From an uncultured delta proteobacterium (lineage in GTDB: Bacteria; Desulfobacterota; Binatia; Binatales; Binataceae): a stretch of DNA of 64,000 nucleotides. This document shows positions 20,928 through 30,703 of this stretch, piece by piece (within the stretch, counting starts at the first letter, position 1; each line of letters begins with the position of its first letter). The position numbers were made by a program, and so were the translations under genes. The notes below the pieces were generated by a model. It saw nothing but the letters and a program-made list of their open reading frames with translations. It made no database searches and was not told the origin of the DNA. The DNA is taken from assembly GCA_963774705.1 (NCBI GenBank), contig CAVZFW010000002.1, positions 283,236 through 347,235 of the forward strand, written 5' to 3'.

Positions 20928-21779
20928 ATGAATATCCAGGTGATGGGAGTCTATCGCGAAGCAGGAGTATTCACCCGGCAAGGTCGAGGCGGATGCCGCG
21001 ATCCTCGATGCGGTGATCGGTCAACTGCGCGACTTCGGGGGCCGAAACGACCACGATCGACGCGGCGCGCTTCGTCGATGGCAGGTTTACGACGCCGCAT
21101 CTGGTGCTCGCGATGTGCCAGGGCGAAGCCGGCCTCGCGCGCCTCTCGGCGGTCGAAGAGTCGGGTGCGGTCGTTATCAATTCCGCGCTCGCTATCCGCA
21201 ATTGCTATCGCGACCTGCTCGGCGCCGGTCTGATGCGCGCCGGCGTGCCGGTGCCGGAAGGCGTCGTCGTCCGCACTGCTGCGCCGCTCGACCTGAAGCC
21301 GTTGCGCACGATCGATCTGTCCGCTCCGATGTACGTCAAGCGCGGCAACCTGCACGCGCTTGGGACCGCTCGACGTGGTGCGCGTCGAAGGACTCGAGCA
21401 ACTCGAAGCGACGCTGACTACGCTTCGCGCGCCGCGGCGTCCAACTCGCCTTCGTGCAGCAGGAGGTCGTCGGCGAAGTCGTCAAGTTCTACGGCGTCAG
21501 CGGCGGTGAGTATTTCGCGACCGTCGCCGAAGGCGCGGCCGCATCTTTCCGACCCGCAAAAGCGCGCGCTCAACCAGGCGGCCGCGAATGCCGCGACCGC
21601 CCTGGGCCTCGAAGTCTGGGGCGGCGACGCGATCGTCAAGGGCGATCGTCTTCTCGATCGTTGACTTCAACGACTGGCCGAGCTTCAGCCGTGTGCGCGA
21701 CGATGCCGCCCGCGCGATCGCGCGCCGTTCGCTGCTGCATCTGCGCCGCCATCCGGCGACCCGTGACCTCAATATCTGA
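20928..21779 (+). CDS. ATP-grasp protein, ITPK1/RimK-like (frameshifted)
   Basis: VVINS, GVPVPE, YVKRG, VQQEVVGEVVKFYGV, LGLEVWGGDAIV, IVDFNDWPSF. Confidence 0.7.
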
Positions 21780-21895
21780 TCGCAGCCCTTGCGCCATACT
21801 TGACTTGAGCGCCGCTGCGCGACAGTCCTTACGGGTTGCCGCCGATGCGGGCGGCGCACCATTTTCGAGCGAACGGCGAGTGCGCGACGGCAGAG

Positions 21896-23321
21896 ATGGC
21901 GAAAAGACCAGGCGACGGGAACGGCGCAGCTATCAACTGCAAAACGGGTTAGCGACGGTGCGGTCGCCAGGACCGGACTACCGAAAATCGTAACGGCGGT
22001 GCCGGGTCCGAAATCACGCGAAATTTTCGCCGAGGAGCAGCGCTATATCGCGCCGGGCCGGCAGCGCATCTCGTTGCTCGCCGGCGTGGCTTTCGAGTAT
22101 GGCAACGGCGCGACATTGACCGACGCAGACGGTAACACCTACGTCGATTTCTTTGCTGGCGTGGCGGTCGCGAGCCTCGGCCATGGACATCCGGCGCTCG
22201 CTGACGCAATCGCCCGGCAGGCCGCGCGCCTGATGGTCGGGACATTCGCTACACGCGAACGGGCCGAGGCCTTCCGCCTGATGAGCGAAGTGGCGCCCGC
22301 GAACCTCAAGCGCGCGCATCTCTATAGCGGCGGGGCCGAAGCGGTTGAAGCGGCGCTGCGACTCGCGCGGTCCGTCACCAAGAAAGATGAAGTCGTAAGT
22401 TTCTGGGGCGGCTTTCACGGCAAAACGATGGGCGTGCTAGGGTTGATCGGCGACGAGTCCAAGCAAGGCTACGGACCATTGCCGGGTGGGCGTTACTCGG
22501 TGCCCTACGCCGATTGTTATCGGTGCCCGTTCAAGATGACCTATCCCGACTGCGGGCTGTATTGCGTCGAGTTCGCCCGCAAGCAGATTAAGAATTCCTC
22601 CGCCGGTGCGATCGCCGCCGTGATCGCCGAGCCGATGCAGGGTACCGCCGGCAACGTGATTCCCCCGGACGACTGGCTGCCGGCGATCAAGTCGGTCGCC
22701 AAGGACAATGGCGCGCTGCTGATCGCCGACGAGATGATCACCGGCTTTGGGCGCACCGGAAAATGGTGGGGCGTCGAGCATAGCGGCGTCACTCCCGATA
22801 TCGTTACGGTGGGTAAGGGCATGGGCTCCGGCTTCCCGGTCTCGGGCGTGCTGATGAACGACGAAATCGGCAATGCGGAGCCTTTCGCCAAGCCTAGCGC
22901 GTCGTCGTCGAGCTACGGCGGAAATCCGTTGGCGGCGGCGGCACTGGCGACGACAATCAAGACGATCGAGGGCGAAAAGCTGGTCGAGAATTCACGCAAG
23001 GTCGGCGCCCTGATGCTTAAGCGGCTATTCGAGTTGCAGGAGAAATACGAATTTCTCGGCGACGTGCGCGGCCGCGGATTGCTAATCGGCCTCGATCTCG
23101 TGCGTGATCGCAAATCGCGGCGCGAGTTGGGCCGTAAGGTGATGGAAACGATATTCACCGAGTCGCTGAAGCGCGGTCTGCTGCTGATGGGCTACTTCCC
23201 GCGCGTGCGCATCAACCCGCCGTTGGTGATCACCGGGGAGCAGGCCGCGGCCGGAATCGCGATTATCGACGAAGTCTTCGCCCACGTGCGCGACCATGTC
23301 GATTGGCGCAACGGTGATTGA
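21896..23321 (+). CDS. Class III PLP-dependent aminotransferase (likely ATG 21896 with one indel; open frame from 21999)
   Basis: DADGNTYVDF, SGGAEAVEAA, GFHGKT, AEPMQG, LIADEMITGFGRTG, PDIVTVGKGMGSG, SYGGNP. Confidence 0.93.
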
Positions 23322-23324
23322 GCG

Positions 23325-23801
23325 ATGCCACACGATGCTGGCAATATGGCGCTCTTCCTCGACCTCGCCGGCACGCTGGTCGCAATGGACGAGACGCGTC
23401 AACTGCCGATTGACGGTCAAGGCAACGTAACCATCAACCTACTGCCGGGGGTGCGCGAAAAGCTGGCCCCGATTCACGACCATCTGATGTTCGTCGTCAC
23501 CAACCAGGCGGGCGTCAAGCGCGGACGCTTTCGGCTGGCGCAAGTTGAAGCCGCGATGGCGGACCTCGACCGCCAGTTGGGCGATATCCTGACCGGCTGG
23601 CAGATCTGCCCCCACGATGACGCCGACGGCTGCGAATGCCGCAAACCGAAGGGCGGCATGATCCTGGAATTGGCGGATCTTCACGGAGTGCATCTGGAAG
23701 GCTCGACGATGGTGGGCGACCAGGAGATCGACGCGCAGGCCGCGCGGGCGGCGGGCGTCGGCAAGTTTATCTATGCCGCCGATTTCTTCGGCGGGAAATA
23801 G
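23325..23801 (+). CDS. HAD-IIIA phosphatase, GmhB/HisB-N-like
   Basis: LFLDLAGTL, VVTNQAG, CPH..CECRKPKGGM (Zn site), MVGD...D. Confidence 0.85.
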   Translation: MPHDAGNMALFLDLAGTLVAMDETRQLPIDGQGNVTINLLPGVREKLAPIHDHLMFVVTNQAGVKRGRFRLAQVEAAMADLDRQLGDILTGWQICPHDDADGCECRKPKGGMILELADLHGVHLEGSTMVGDQEIDAQAARAAGVGKFIYAADFFGGK

Positions 23802-23971
23802 GTGTGGTGCGCTCCGCCATGCTACGCGCTTGGACGCCGAATCAGCCCTTCGGGCCGAGGTAGAAATCCGCGACGGTTTTTGCGACAAGTCGATTGGCGA
23901 TGCGAGTTGCTTCGACGCCGAGTAGTCCAGATCGCGGAAACTTGGGAACCTGACATCGCCGGAGGCGGCGC

Positions 23972-24824
23972 ATGAAGATTGGATCTGCTGAATGTTTTCC
24001 ATGAAAGCACTGCGCGGCCGGGGCCGTTCGCGCAGGCGGCCGAGCAACTGGGCTTCGAGTCGCTGTGGGTGCCCGAGCATCCGATCTTGCCGGTCGATCC
24101 GAAGACGCCGTTTCCCGCTGGCGGTCCGATTCCCGAGGTTTACAGTCACATGAGCGACCAGTTCGTCTGCCTCGCGATGGCGGCGGCGGTCACCAGCAAG
24201 ATCAAGCTGGCGACGGGAATCACGCTGGTGCCTGAGCACAATCCGATCGTCGCGGCCAAGCAGATCGCGACACTCGACCATTTCTCCGGCGGCCGCGTAA
24301 TATACGGCATCGGCGCGGGCTGGCTCCGCGAAGAGTCGGAGATCATGGGCGTCGATTTTCCACGGCGATGGTCGCAGACGGCGGAGTTCGTCGCCGCGAT
24401 GCGCGAGTTGTGGACCAGGCCGGAGGCCTCGTTTGCAGGGAAGTACGTGAACTTCCCGGCCGTGCGATCCTATCCGAAGCCGGCGCAACCGGCGGGTCCG
24501 CCGGTATTGATCGGCAGCCGCGACAAGAATGCGCTCAAGCGGGTGGCGAAGTGGGGCGATGGGTGGTTCCCGAATCGCGTGACGCCCGACGATATGAAGC
24601 GCGACCTCGCCACCCTGCGCGACGAATGCCGAGCGGCGGGCCGCGACTTCGCCAAGCTCGATATCACCGTGATGGGCGGCATCGCGGGTGAGCGCGGTGC
24701 GGTGCAATCGGAGCTTGCGCTTTTCGCCGAGGCCGGAGTCGGCAGGTTCGTGATTGCGCTGGGCACGCTGACACCCGCCGATTACCAGTCGAAGCTCGAA
24801 CGGTTCGCATCGCTGTATATATAG
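23972..24824 (+). CDS. LLM-class (probably F420-dependent) oxidoreductase, N-terminal indel
   Basis: GFESLWVPEH, AKQIATLDHFSGGR, GIGAGWLREE, GDGW. Confidence 0.88.
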
Positions 24825-24905
24825 GTCAACTAGTCAATTGAACGACCGACTAGTCGCTACTTAATGAATAGTCACTACGAATAAATTCGCGAGAGGGAAC
24901 GCACA

Positions 24906-25778
24906 ATGAAAATCGGAGTATTGAGTTTCGTCGCGTCATACACCGCCGATCCAGGCGCCATCGCGAAACATTGCGAAGCGCTCGGCTTCGAATCGTTCTA
25001 CCTGCCTGAGCATCCGATTCTGCCGGTGAAACACAAAACGCGCTATCCGCTCTCGCCCGACGGCGAGATTCCGGAGCCTTACGCGCACATGATCGATCCT
25101 TTTATCGGCCTGACCTTGGCCGCCGCGGCGACCAAGCGTATCGGCCTCGGCACCGGTATCTGCCTCGTGCCCGAGCGCGACCCGTTGATCCTCGCGAAGG
25201 TGATCGCGACGCTCGACCATTACTCGGGCGGGCGTTTCATTTTCGGCATCGGCGCGGGCTGGCTGCGCGACGAGAGCGAAATCATGGGCGTAGATTTCAA
25301 GCGGCGCTGGGCGATGACGCGCGAGTATATCAATGCGATGAAGGAGCTGTGGACCAAGCCCGAGGCTTCGTTCAACGGCGAGTTCATCAAGTTCCCGGCC
25401 GTGAAGAGCAATCCCAAGCCCGCCCGCAAACCGCATCCGCCGGTTCACGTCGGCGCCGGCGGTATCGGTCCGAGCATGGAGCGCGCCTTGCGCGACACCG
25501 TCGCGATCGGCGACGGCTGGGCTCCGCTTGGCGTGCCACCCGAGCAGCTCATCACCGAATTGGCGAAGCTGAAGAGGATGTGCGCCGAGGCGGGCCGCGA
25601 ATTCAGCAAGCTTGAAATCACGATGTACGCTCCGGTCATGCAGGGCGCCGACGTGCGGCGCACAATCGCGGCGTACCAGGAGGCCGGAGCGCATCGGTTG
25701 ATTCTGTTTCCCGAAAAACTCGGCGTAAATGAATACGAGCGCGAGCTCGAAACGATGGCAAAGACCTGGGTCGTATAG
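24906..25778 (+). CDS. LLM-class (probably F420-dependent) oxidoreductase, tandem paralog
   Basis: GFESFYLPEH, AKVIATLDHYSGGR, GIGAGWLRDE, PHPPVHVG, GDGW. Confidence 0.9.
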   Translation: MKIGVLSFVASYTADPGAIAKHCEALGFESFYLPEHPILPVKHKTRYPLSPDGEIPEPYAHMIDPFIGLTLAAAATKRIGLGTGICLVPERDPLILAKVIATLDHYSGGRFIFGIGAGWLRDESEIMGVDFKRRWAMTREYINAMKELWTKPEASFNGEFIKFPAVKSNPKPARKPHPPVHVGAGGIGPSMERALRDTVAIGDGWAPLGVPPEQLITELAKLKRMCAEAGREFSKLEITMYAPVMQGADVRRTIAAYQEAGAHRLILFPEKLGVNEYERELETMAKTWVV

Positions 25779-25841
25779 GGAGTTTCGGCATACTAATTGT
25801 GATTCCAAGCGTCGAACAAAGGGTCGGAGGGCGGCTGATTT

Positions 25842-26672
25842 ATGAGCGAATCGGTTACCCAACATAGCGCCTTCAAATGGCGCGCCGGCTCGATGAGCGA
25901 GGAGGCCGATCGGCTCGCGGTGGAGGAGCCCCTGGAGATCCGCCTCGGCGGACGGCGCTTCACGCTCACGATGCGCACGCCCGGGCATGATGAGGAGCTC
26001 GCGGCGGGCTTTTTGCTGGCCGAGGGCTTCATCAATGCTCACGGCGAACTCGGTGAGATTCGCCGCCTGCGAGATGCCCGGGGAGCGCTCGATCCTAACG
26101 CGATCGACGTTATCCTCAATGTGCCGGCGGCCGGGCTGCGCGAGCGTCTGCAGCGCAATTTCGTCGTATCGTCGAGTTGCGGGGTGTGCGGCAAGACCAG
26201 TATCGAGGCGCTCGAGCGGCGAATCGCGCCGCTGTCAGTTGCGGTCGCGATTGCGCGGCCCGCGCTGCTGCGATTACCTAAGTTGATGCGCGAGGCGCAG
26301 GCGGTCTTCGCCGCTACCGGTGGCTTGCACGCCGCGGCGCTGTTCAGCCTTGAACAGCCCAACGAACCCGCGCTGATGGTCTTGCGTGAGGACGTGGGCC
26401 GTCACAATGCGGTAGATAAGGTGGTTGGCTGGGCGCTCGCGCAAGATTTAATTCCGCTGACGCGCTACGTTCTGATGGTGAGCGGGCGCCTTAGTTTCGA
26501 GCTGGTGCAGAAAGCCGCCGCCGCGGGTATACCGATACTGTGCGCGGTGTCAGCGCCATCGTCGTTGGCAGTCGAATTGGCCGAAGGACTCGGCATGACC
26601 CTGGTGGGCTTTTTGCGCGAGCTCAACTTCAACGTCTATGCGGGTGCCACACGGATAACCGATCTGCCCTGA
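25842..26672 (+). CDS. fdhD: Formate dehydrogenase accessory sulfurtransferase
   Basis: VEEPLEI, TMRTPG, SSCGVCG, TGGLHAA, REDVGRHNAVDK, SAPSSLA. Confidence 0.95.
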   Translation: MSESVTQHSAFKWRAGSMSEEADRLAVEEPLEIRLGGRRFTLTMRTPGHDEELAAGFLLAEGFINAHGELGEIRRLRDARGALDPNAIDVILNVPAAGLRERLQRNFVVSSSCGVCGKTSIEALERRIAPLSVAVAIARPALLRLPKLMREAQAVFAATGGLHAAALFSLEQPNEPALMVLREDVGRHNAVDKVVGWALAQDLIPLTRYVLMVSGRLSFELVQKAAAAGIPILCAVSAPSSLAVELAEGLGMTLVGFLRELNFNVYAGATRITDLP

Positions 26673-26708
26673 AGACGGGCCTACAATCTGTACGCAACAA
26701 GCAGGAGC

Positions 26709-27785
26709 ATGGCCGTAATGAAAAAATCAAACGCCAAGCCAGCTGACAAAGCGAACGCGAAAAACAGCGCGCGGCCGCCGCGAACACTCGCAATCGATAT
26801 CGGTGGTACCGGGATCAAGGCGTTGACTCTCGATCCGGCGGGCAAGCCGATCAACGACCGCACGCGGGTTCCGACCCCCAAACACGCCACACCCAAGGAC
26901 ATCATCGAGATTGCGCGCAAGCTGGCCAAGTCGCAGCCGGCCTTCGAGCGGGCTTCGATAGGATTTCCCGGCGTGGTCAAGCATGGCGTGATCTATTCCG
27001 CCGCGAATCTCGGCAACGGATGGCACGGCTTCGACCTAGGACATGCGCTCGAACGCAAACTCAAAAAACCCGTGCGCATTGCGAACGACGCCGATGTCCA
27101 GGGTCTCGGTTGCGCGACCGGGCATGGCGTTGAGTTAGTGATTACGCTTGGGACCGGCTTCGGCTCGGTAATCTTCAGCGATGGCAGCCGGATTCATCTC
27201 GAGCTCGGGCATCATCCGTTTCATAAGGGCAAAACCTACGAGGACGAACTCGGCGATCGCGCGTTGCATAAGAAGGGGCGCAAAAAGTGGAACAAGCTGT
27301 TGCGCGAGGCAATCGACGAGCTGCGCGAGACCTTCAATTTTGACCGGCTGTATATCGGTGGCGGGAACACCCGGCTGGTGAACTTCAAGCTCCCTGCCGA
27401 TGTCAGAATCATCAGCAACGAAGACGGCCTGCTTGGCGGTATCGCATTGTGGCGCGAGGCGAAATCGCCGGCCGCGCCGCGTCCGTCGGGCAACCCTGCG
27501 GCATCCGCGACGGTCGCCGCGAAGCCGCGTGCAAAGGCGGTGCGGAAATTGCCGCCGAAAATGTCTCCGAAGAGCGACGCGAAGCCCGCCTCTCTTGCGA
27601 AGCCCGCCTCTCCAGCGAAGCCTGCCTCTCCGATGATCGCGCGACCCGCGCGCCCGTCTCAGGTCGCGGGATCGGCGACGCCAGGGGCAGGTCCCACGGC
27701 GACGTCGTCATCCGGCAATGACGTGGTTCGCCCTGCTGAGGCCGTCCCGGCCAGGAGCTCCGGCCTACTGCCGTCATCCACCTGA
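26709..27785 (+). CDS. ppgK: ROK-family polyphosphate glucokinase-like protein with Lys/Pro/Ala-rich tail
   Basis: IDIGGTGIK, GFPG, NDADVQG, TLGTGFGS, ELGH, IGGGN; C-terminal AKPAS repeats. Confidence 0.75.
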   Translation: MAVMKKSNAKPADKANAKNSARPPRTLAIDIGGTGIKALTLDPAGKPINDRTRVPTPKHATPKDIIEIARKLAKSQPAFERASIGFPGVVKHGVIYSAANLGNGWHGFDLGHALERKLKKPVRIANDADVQGLGCATGHGVELVITLGTGFGSVIFSDGSRIHLELGHHPFHKGKTYEDELGDRALHKKGRKKWNKLLREAIDELRETFNFDRLYIGGGNTRLVNFKLPADVRIISNEDGLLGGIALWREAKSPAAPRPSGNPAASATVAAKPRAKAVRKLPPKMSPKSDAKPASLAKPASPAKPASPMIARPARPSQVAGSATPGAGPTATSSSGNDVVRPAEAVPARSSGLLPSST

Positions 27786-27797
27786 CCTTTACACCTC

Positions 27798-27819
27798 GCG
27801 GGCTTCGGCCCGCTTCTTC
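27798..27819 (+). terminator. Intrinsic terminator-like hairpin
   Basis: GCGGGC-TTCG-GCCCGC followed by TTCTTC right after the ROK gene. Confidence 0.5.
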
Positions 27820-27918
27820 ATCGTGCCTTAACGATCACGACATACGAGTACGCATATTCTTTCGCTAGATTACCGACCGGTCGAAATCTGTCCGTTCCTC
27901 CGGGAGGTCTCTCGTCTA

Positions 27919-29721
27919 GTGACAAAGTCGAAATCGTTTAGTCGAAAGGTGTGTTGCGCCATCGCAATTGGCGCGCTCGCAATCGCCACCGCGTCGTCGC
28001 CGAAAGTCTTCGCTGGTGGGAAGCATTCGCAGTCGGGCGGTGGTGGTGATGAAAGCAACGGCATCAAGCACGTCTTGTTGATCAGCGTGGATGGGATGCA
28101 TGCGCTCGATTTCATGAACTGCGCCAACGGCATCGCAGGGGTTAATGGTGGTGCGCCCTACTGCCCCAATCTCGCGGCGCTGGCCAAGACCGGAACGAAT
28201 TATCTCGACACCAGCACCTCGAAGCCATCGGATTCGTTTCCCGGACTGATGGCGCTGATGACGGGTGGCTCCCCGCGCACGATGGGTGTCAATTACGATG
28301 TCGCCTACGACCGCGTGCTCAATCCGCCGTCACAGACTACTGGCAACGGATTGCCAGCCGGCCCGTGTACGGCTGGAGGAACTCCCAGCGGTACGGGCAC
28401 TGAATACGATGAGGGCATCAACCTGAACAACGTGCCCGGCGAAAGCGGTCAAAACCTGCTGAACGGTGGAGCCCCGAGTGGCGATGGTGGCGTCAACTCA
28501 ATCGATCCCACCCGCTTGGTCCGCGACCAGAATTGCAACCCGGTTTATCCGTGGAACTTCGTCCGCGTCAATACGATCTACGGCGTGATCCATGCCGCCA
28601 AGGGTTACACGGCGTGGTCCGACAAGCATCCGTCATATTCGTCCGTGGGTGGTCCGACCGGCACCTCGACAGATACCAACGTGGACGATTATTTCTCGCC
28701 GGAGATAAATTCCGATTCCGCGAACTATGAAGCCGGCGCGACGCCGGCCCTGATTCCCGCGGGTTGCAGCCCGAATCTGCCCGATCAATTCGCCGTAGCA
28801 GACGGTGACGACTACACGGGCAGCTTTCTCAATATCCAGTGCTACGACGGCCTTAAGGTAAATGCCATTCTCAACGAGATCGACGGCAAGAACCACGACG
28901 GCACTGCCGCGGCACCGGTACCGTCCATTTTCGGGATGAATTTCCAGGCGGTGAGCATCGGCCAGAAATTAATCTACCAGCACAATTCCGGCGTTCCGCC
29001 GATGACTCCGACCTATAGCGCCAAAGGCGGCTATCTCGATTCGATCGGGACGCCGAGTCCGTCGCTATTCCAGGAAATTGAGTTCATCGATACTTCGATC
29101 GGCAAGATGGTCACGGAACTGACGAATCAAGGTAAAATCAACTCGACCCTGATTATCATCACCGCCAAGCATGGACAGTCGCCGATCGATACCAGCCGGT
29201 ACAAGAAGAATGGCTCGCCGAACGATCCCGCATCGATTCTGAGCGCGTGCCTTACCGATTCGGAGGCGAGCGACCTTGGACCGACCGAGGATGATGTGGC
29301 TCTGATTTGGCTTAAGTCGTCCTGCAACGTTGCGACCGAAGTCGCCGCACTCGAGGCCGCCTCCCCCGTGGACAACAACATCGCCGGCATTGGGGAGCTC
29401 TTCTCGGGCCCTGGGCTTGGACTTTACTACAACGCCGGCGATTCGCGCGCGCCGGATATTCTGGTGACGCCTAATATCGGCGTGACCTATTCGAACAGCG
29501 GGAAGAAGCAGGCTGAGCATGGCGGCTTCGCGAAAGATGACACTAACGTCATCATGGTGGTGTCGAACCCATCGCTAAAGTCCACGACAATCACCAGCCC
29601 GGTCGAGACCGCGCAAGTCGCTCCGACGATTCTGGATGCGCTGGGCCTGGACCCGAACGATTTGCAGGCCGTGAAGGCAGAACATACGCAGATGCTGCCG
29701 GGTCTGCATTTTGGTGATTGA
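27919..29721 (+). CDS. Exported alkaline-phosphatase-superfamily (NPP/phosphodiesterase) protein
   Basis: LISVDGMH, PSDSFPGLMALMTG, IITAKHG, EHGG, QVAPTIL; signal peptide. Confidence 0.85.
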   Translation: MTKSKSFSRKVCCAIAIGALAIATASSPKVFAGGKHSQSGGGGDESNGIKHVLLISVDGMHALDFMNCANGIAGVNGGAPYCPNLAALAKTGTNYLDTSTSKPSDSFPGLMALMTGGSPRTMGVNYDVAYDRVLNPPSQTTGNGLPAGPCTAGGTPSGTGTEYDEGINLNNVPGESGQNLLNGGAPSGDGGVNSIDPTRLVRDQNCNPVYPWNFVRVNTIYGVIHAAKGYTAWSDKHPSYSSVGGPTGTSTDTNVDDYFSPEINSDSANYEAGATPALIPAGCSPNLPDQFAVADGDDYTGSFLNIQCYDGLKVNAILNEIDGKNHDGTAAAPVPSIFGMNFQAVSIGQKLIYQHNSGVPPMTPTYSAKGGYLDSIGTPSPSLFQEIEFIDTSIGKMVTELTNQGKINSTLIIITAKHGQSPIDTSRYKKNGSPNDPASILSACLTDSEASDLGPTEDDVALIWLKSSCNVATEVAALEAASPVDNNIAGIGELFSGPGLGLYYNAGDSRAPDILVTPNIGVTYSNSGKKQAEHGGFAKDDTNVIMVVSNPSLKSTTITSPVETAQVAPTILDALGLDPNDLQAVKAEHTQMLPGLHFGD

Positions 29722-29899
29722 GCCCATCGGGAATCCGTAGCTTCCCGGATTCTTAGATTGTCACCTGAAGCGGGCGTCCTGCGGGGCGCCCGCTTCGCAT
29801 TTGTCTGCCTGGCATTCGTCGCGCCGCTTGATTGGGACACCACAACACGACGGTTTCGCGCTTTTGGATACGCCCGCGATCGATTAGATTGCAGCTTGA

Positions 29900-30697
29900 A
29901 TGGCCGAGCAAATCCATCAGTTCAACGCAATCGCCTTCGAAGAGAATTTCAACCTGCGGCAGATCGCCACGCACTTCCCCGAAGCCCGCGTGACGATGCG
30001 CGAGTTGCACTATACGATGCAGCCGGGTGGGGCGATCTACGTATTTCCATTCGGTGCGATGGTCAGCCACGATCTCTCGGCCGATAAGCGCGAGATCGAG
30101 CTGCAACGCCTCCGCACTGCCATGCCCAAGCTCACCGCGCGAGTCGTGCGCGAAGACTACACCGTTGCCGAGGATCCGATATTCAAGACCGGCATCGTGG
30201 ACGGCGTTCTCCGGCTCGACCGTCTGACCTCCGGGCGCGCCGGGATCGTCGCCTTGACGGTCGCCCAGAGCGGGGCGATGGAATACTACGAAAACCTGGT
30301 CGAGGATCTCTTCGTTCGTACGCGGAGCCTGATCGATTTCATGGAGCGGCGCGGCACCGTGCCGTTTCGGACGCGTCCGCTCCATCGCTTCATCGGTGAG
30401 GCGATCGTTACGCGGACCGAGGTTCTCTCGGTGCTGCATCTGCTGGATAAGCCCGACGAGGCGTGGGACGATTCGGCCATCGATCGCATCTACGACGATC
30501 TGCGCGGCGAGTTCGATCTCCGCGACCGATACGCCGCGTTGGAGTTGAAGCTGCGCGCGATCCAGGAGTCGCTCGAATTACTGGTCGATGTCGCCCGCGA
30601 TCGGCGGCTCCTACTGCTCGAAGTTGCCGTGGTTCTCCTCATTCTGCTCGAATTGGTCTTTATGATCCTTCCCGCCGTGCGCGGTTCCACGCATTAA
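29900..30697 (+). CDS. RMD1/DUF155 family protein
   Basis: YVFPFGAMV, AQSGAMEYYE, LLDKPDEAW, EFDLRDRY..LELKL, C-terminal LEVAVVLLILLE helix. Confidence 0.85.
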   Translation: MAEQIHQFNAIAFEENFNLRQIATHFPEARVTMRELHYTMQPGGAIYVFPFGAMVSHDLSADKREIELQRLRTAMPKLTARVVREDYTVAEDPIFKTGIVDGVLRLDRLTSGRAGIVALTVAQSGAMEYYENLVEDLFVRTRSLIDFMERRGTVPFRTRPLHRFIGEAIVTRTEVLSVLHLLDKPDEAWDDSAIDRIYDDLRGEFDLRDRYAALELKLRAIQESLELLVDVARDRRLLLLEVAVVLLILLELVFMILPAVRGSTH

Positions 30698-30703
30698 GCT
30701 CGC

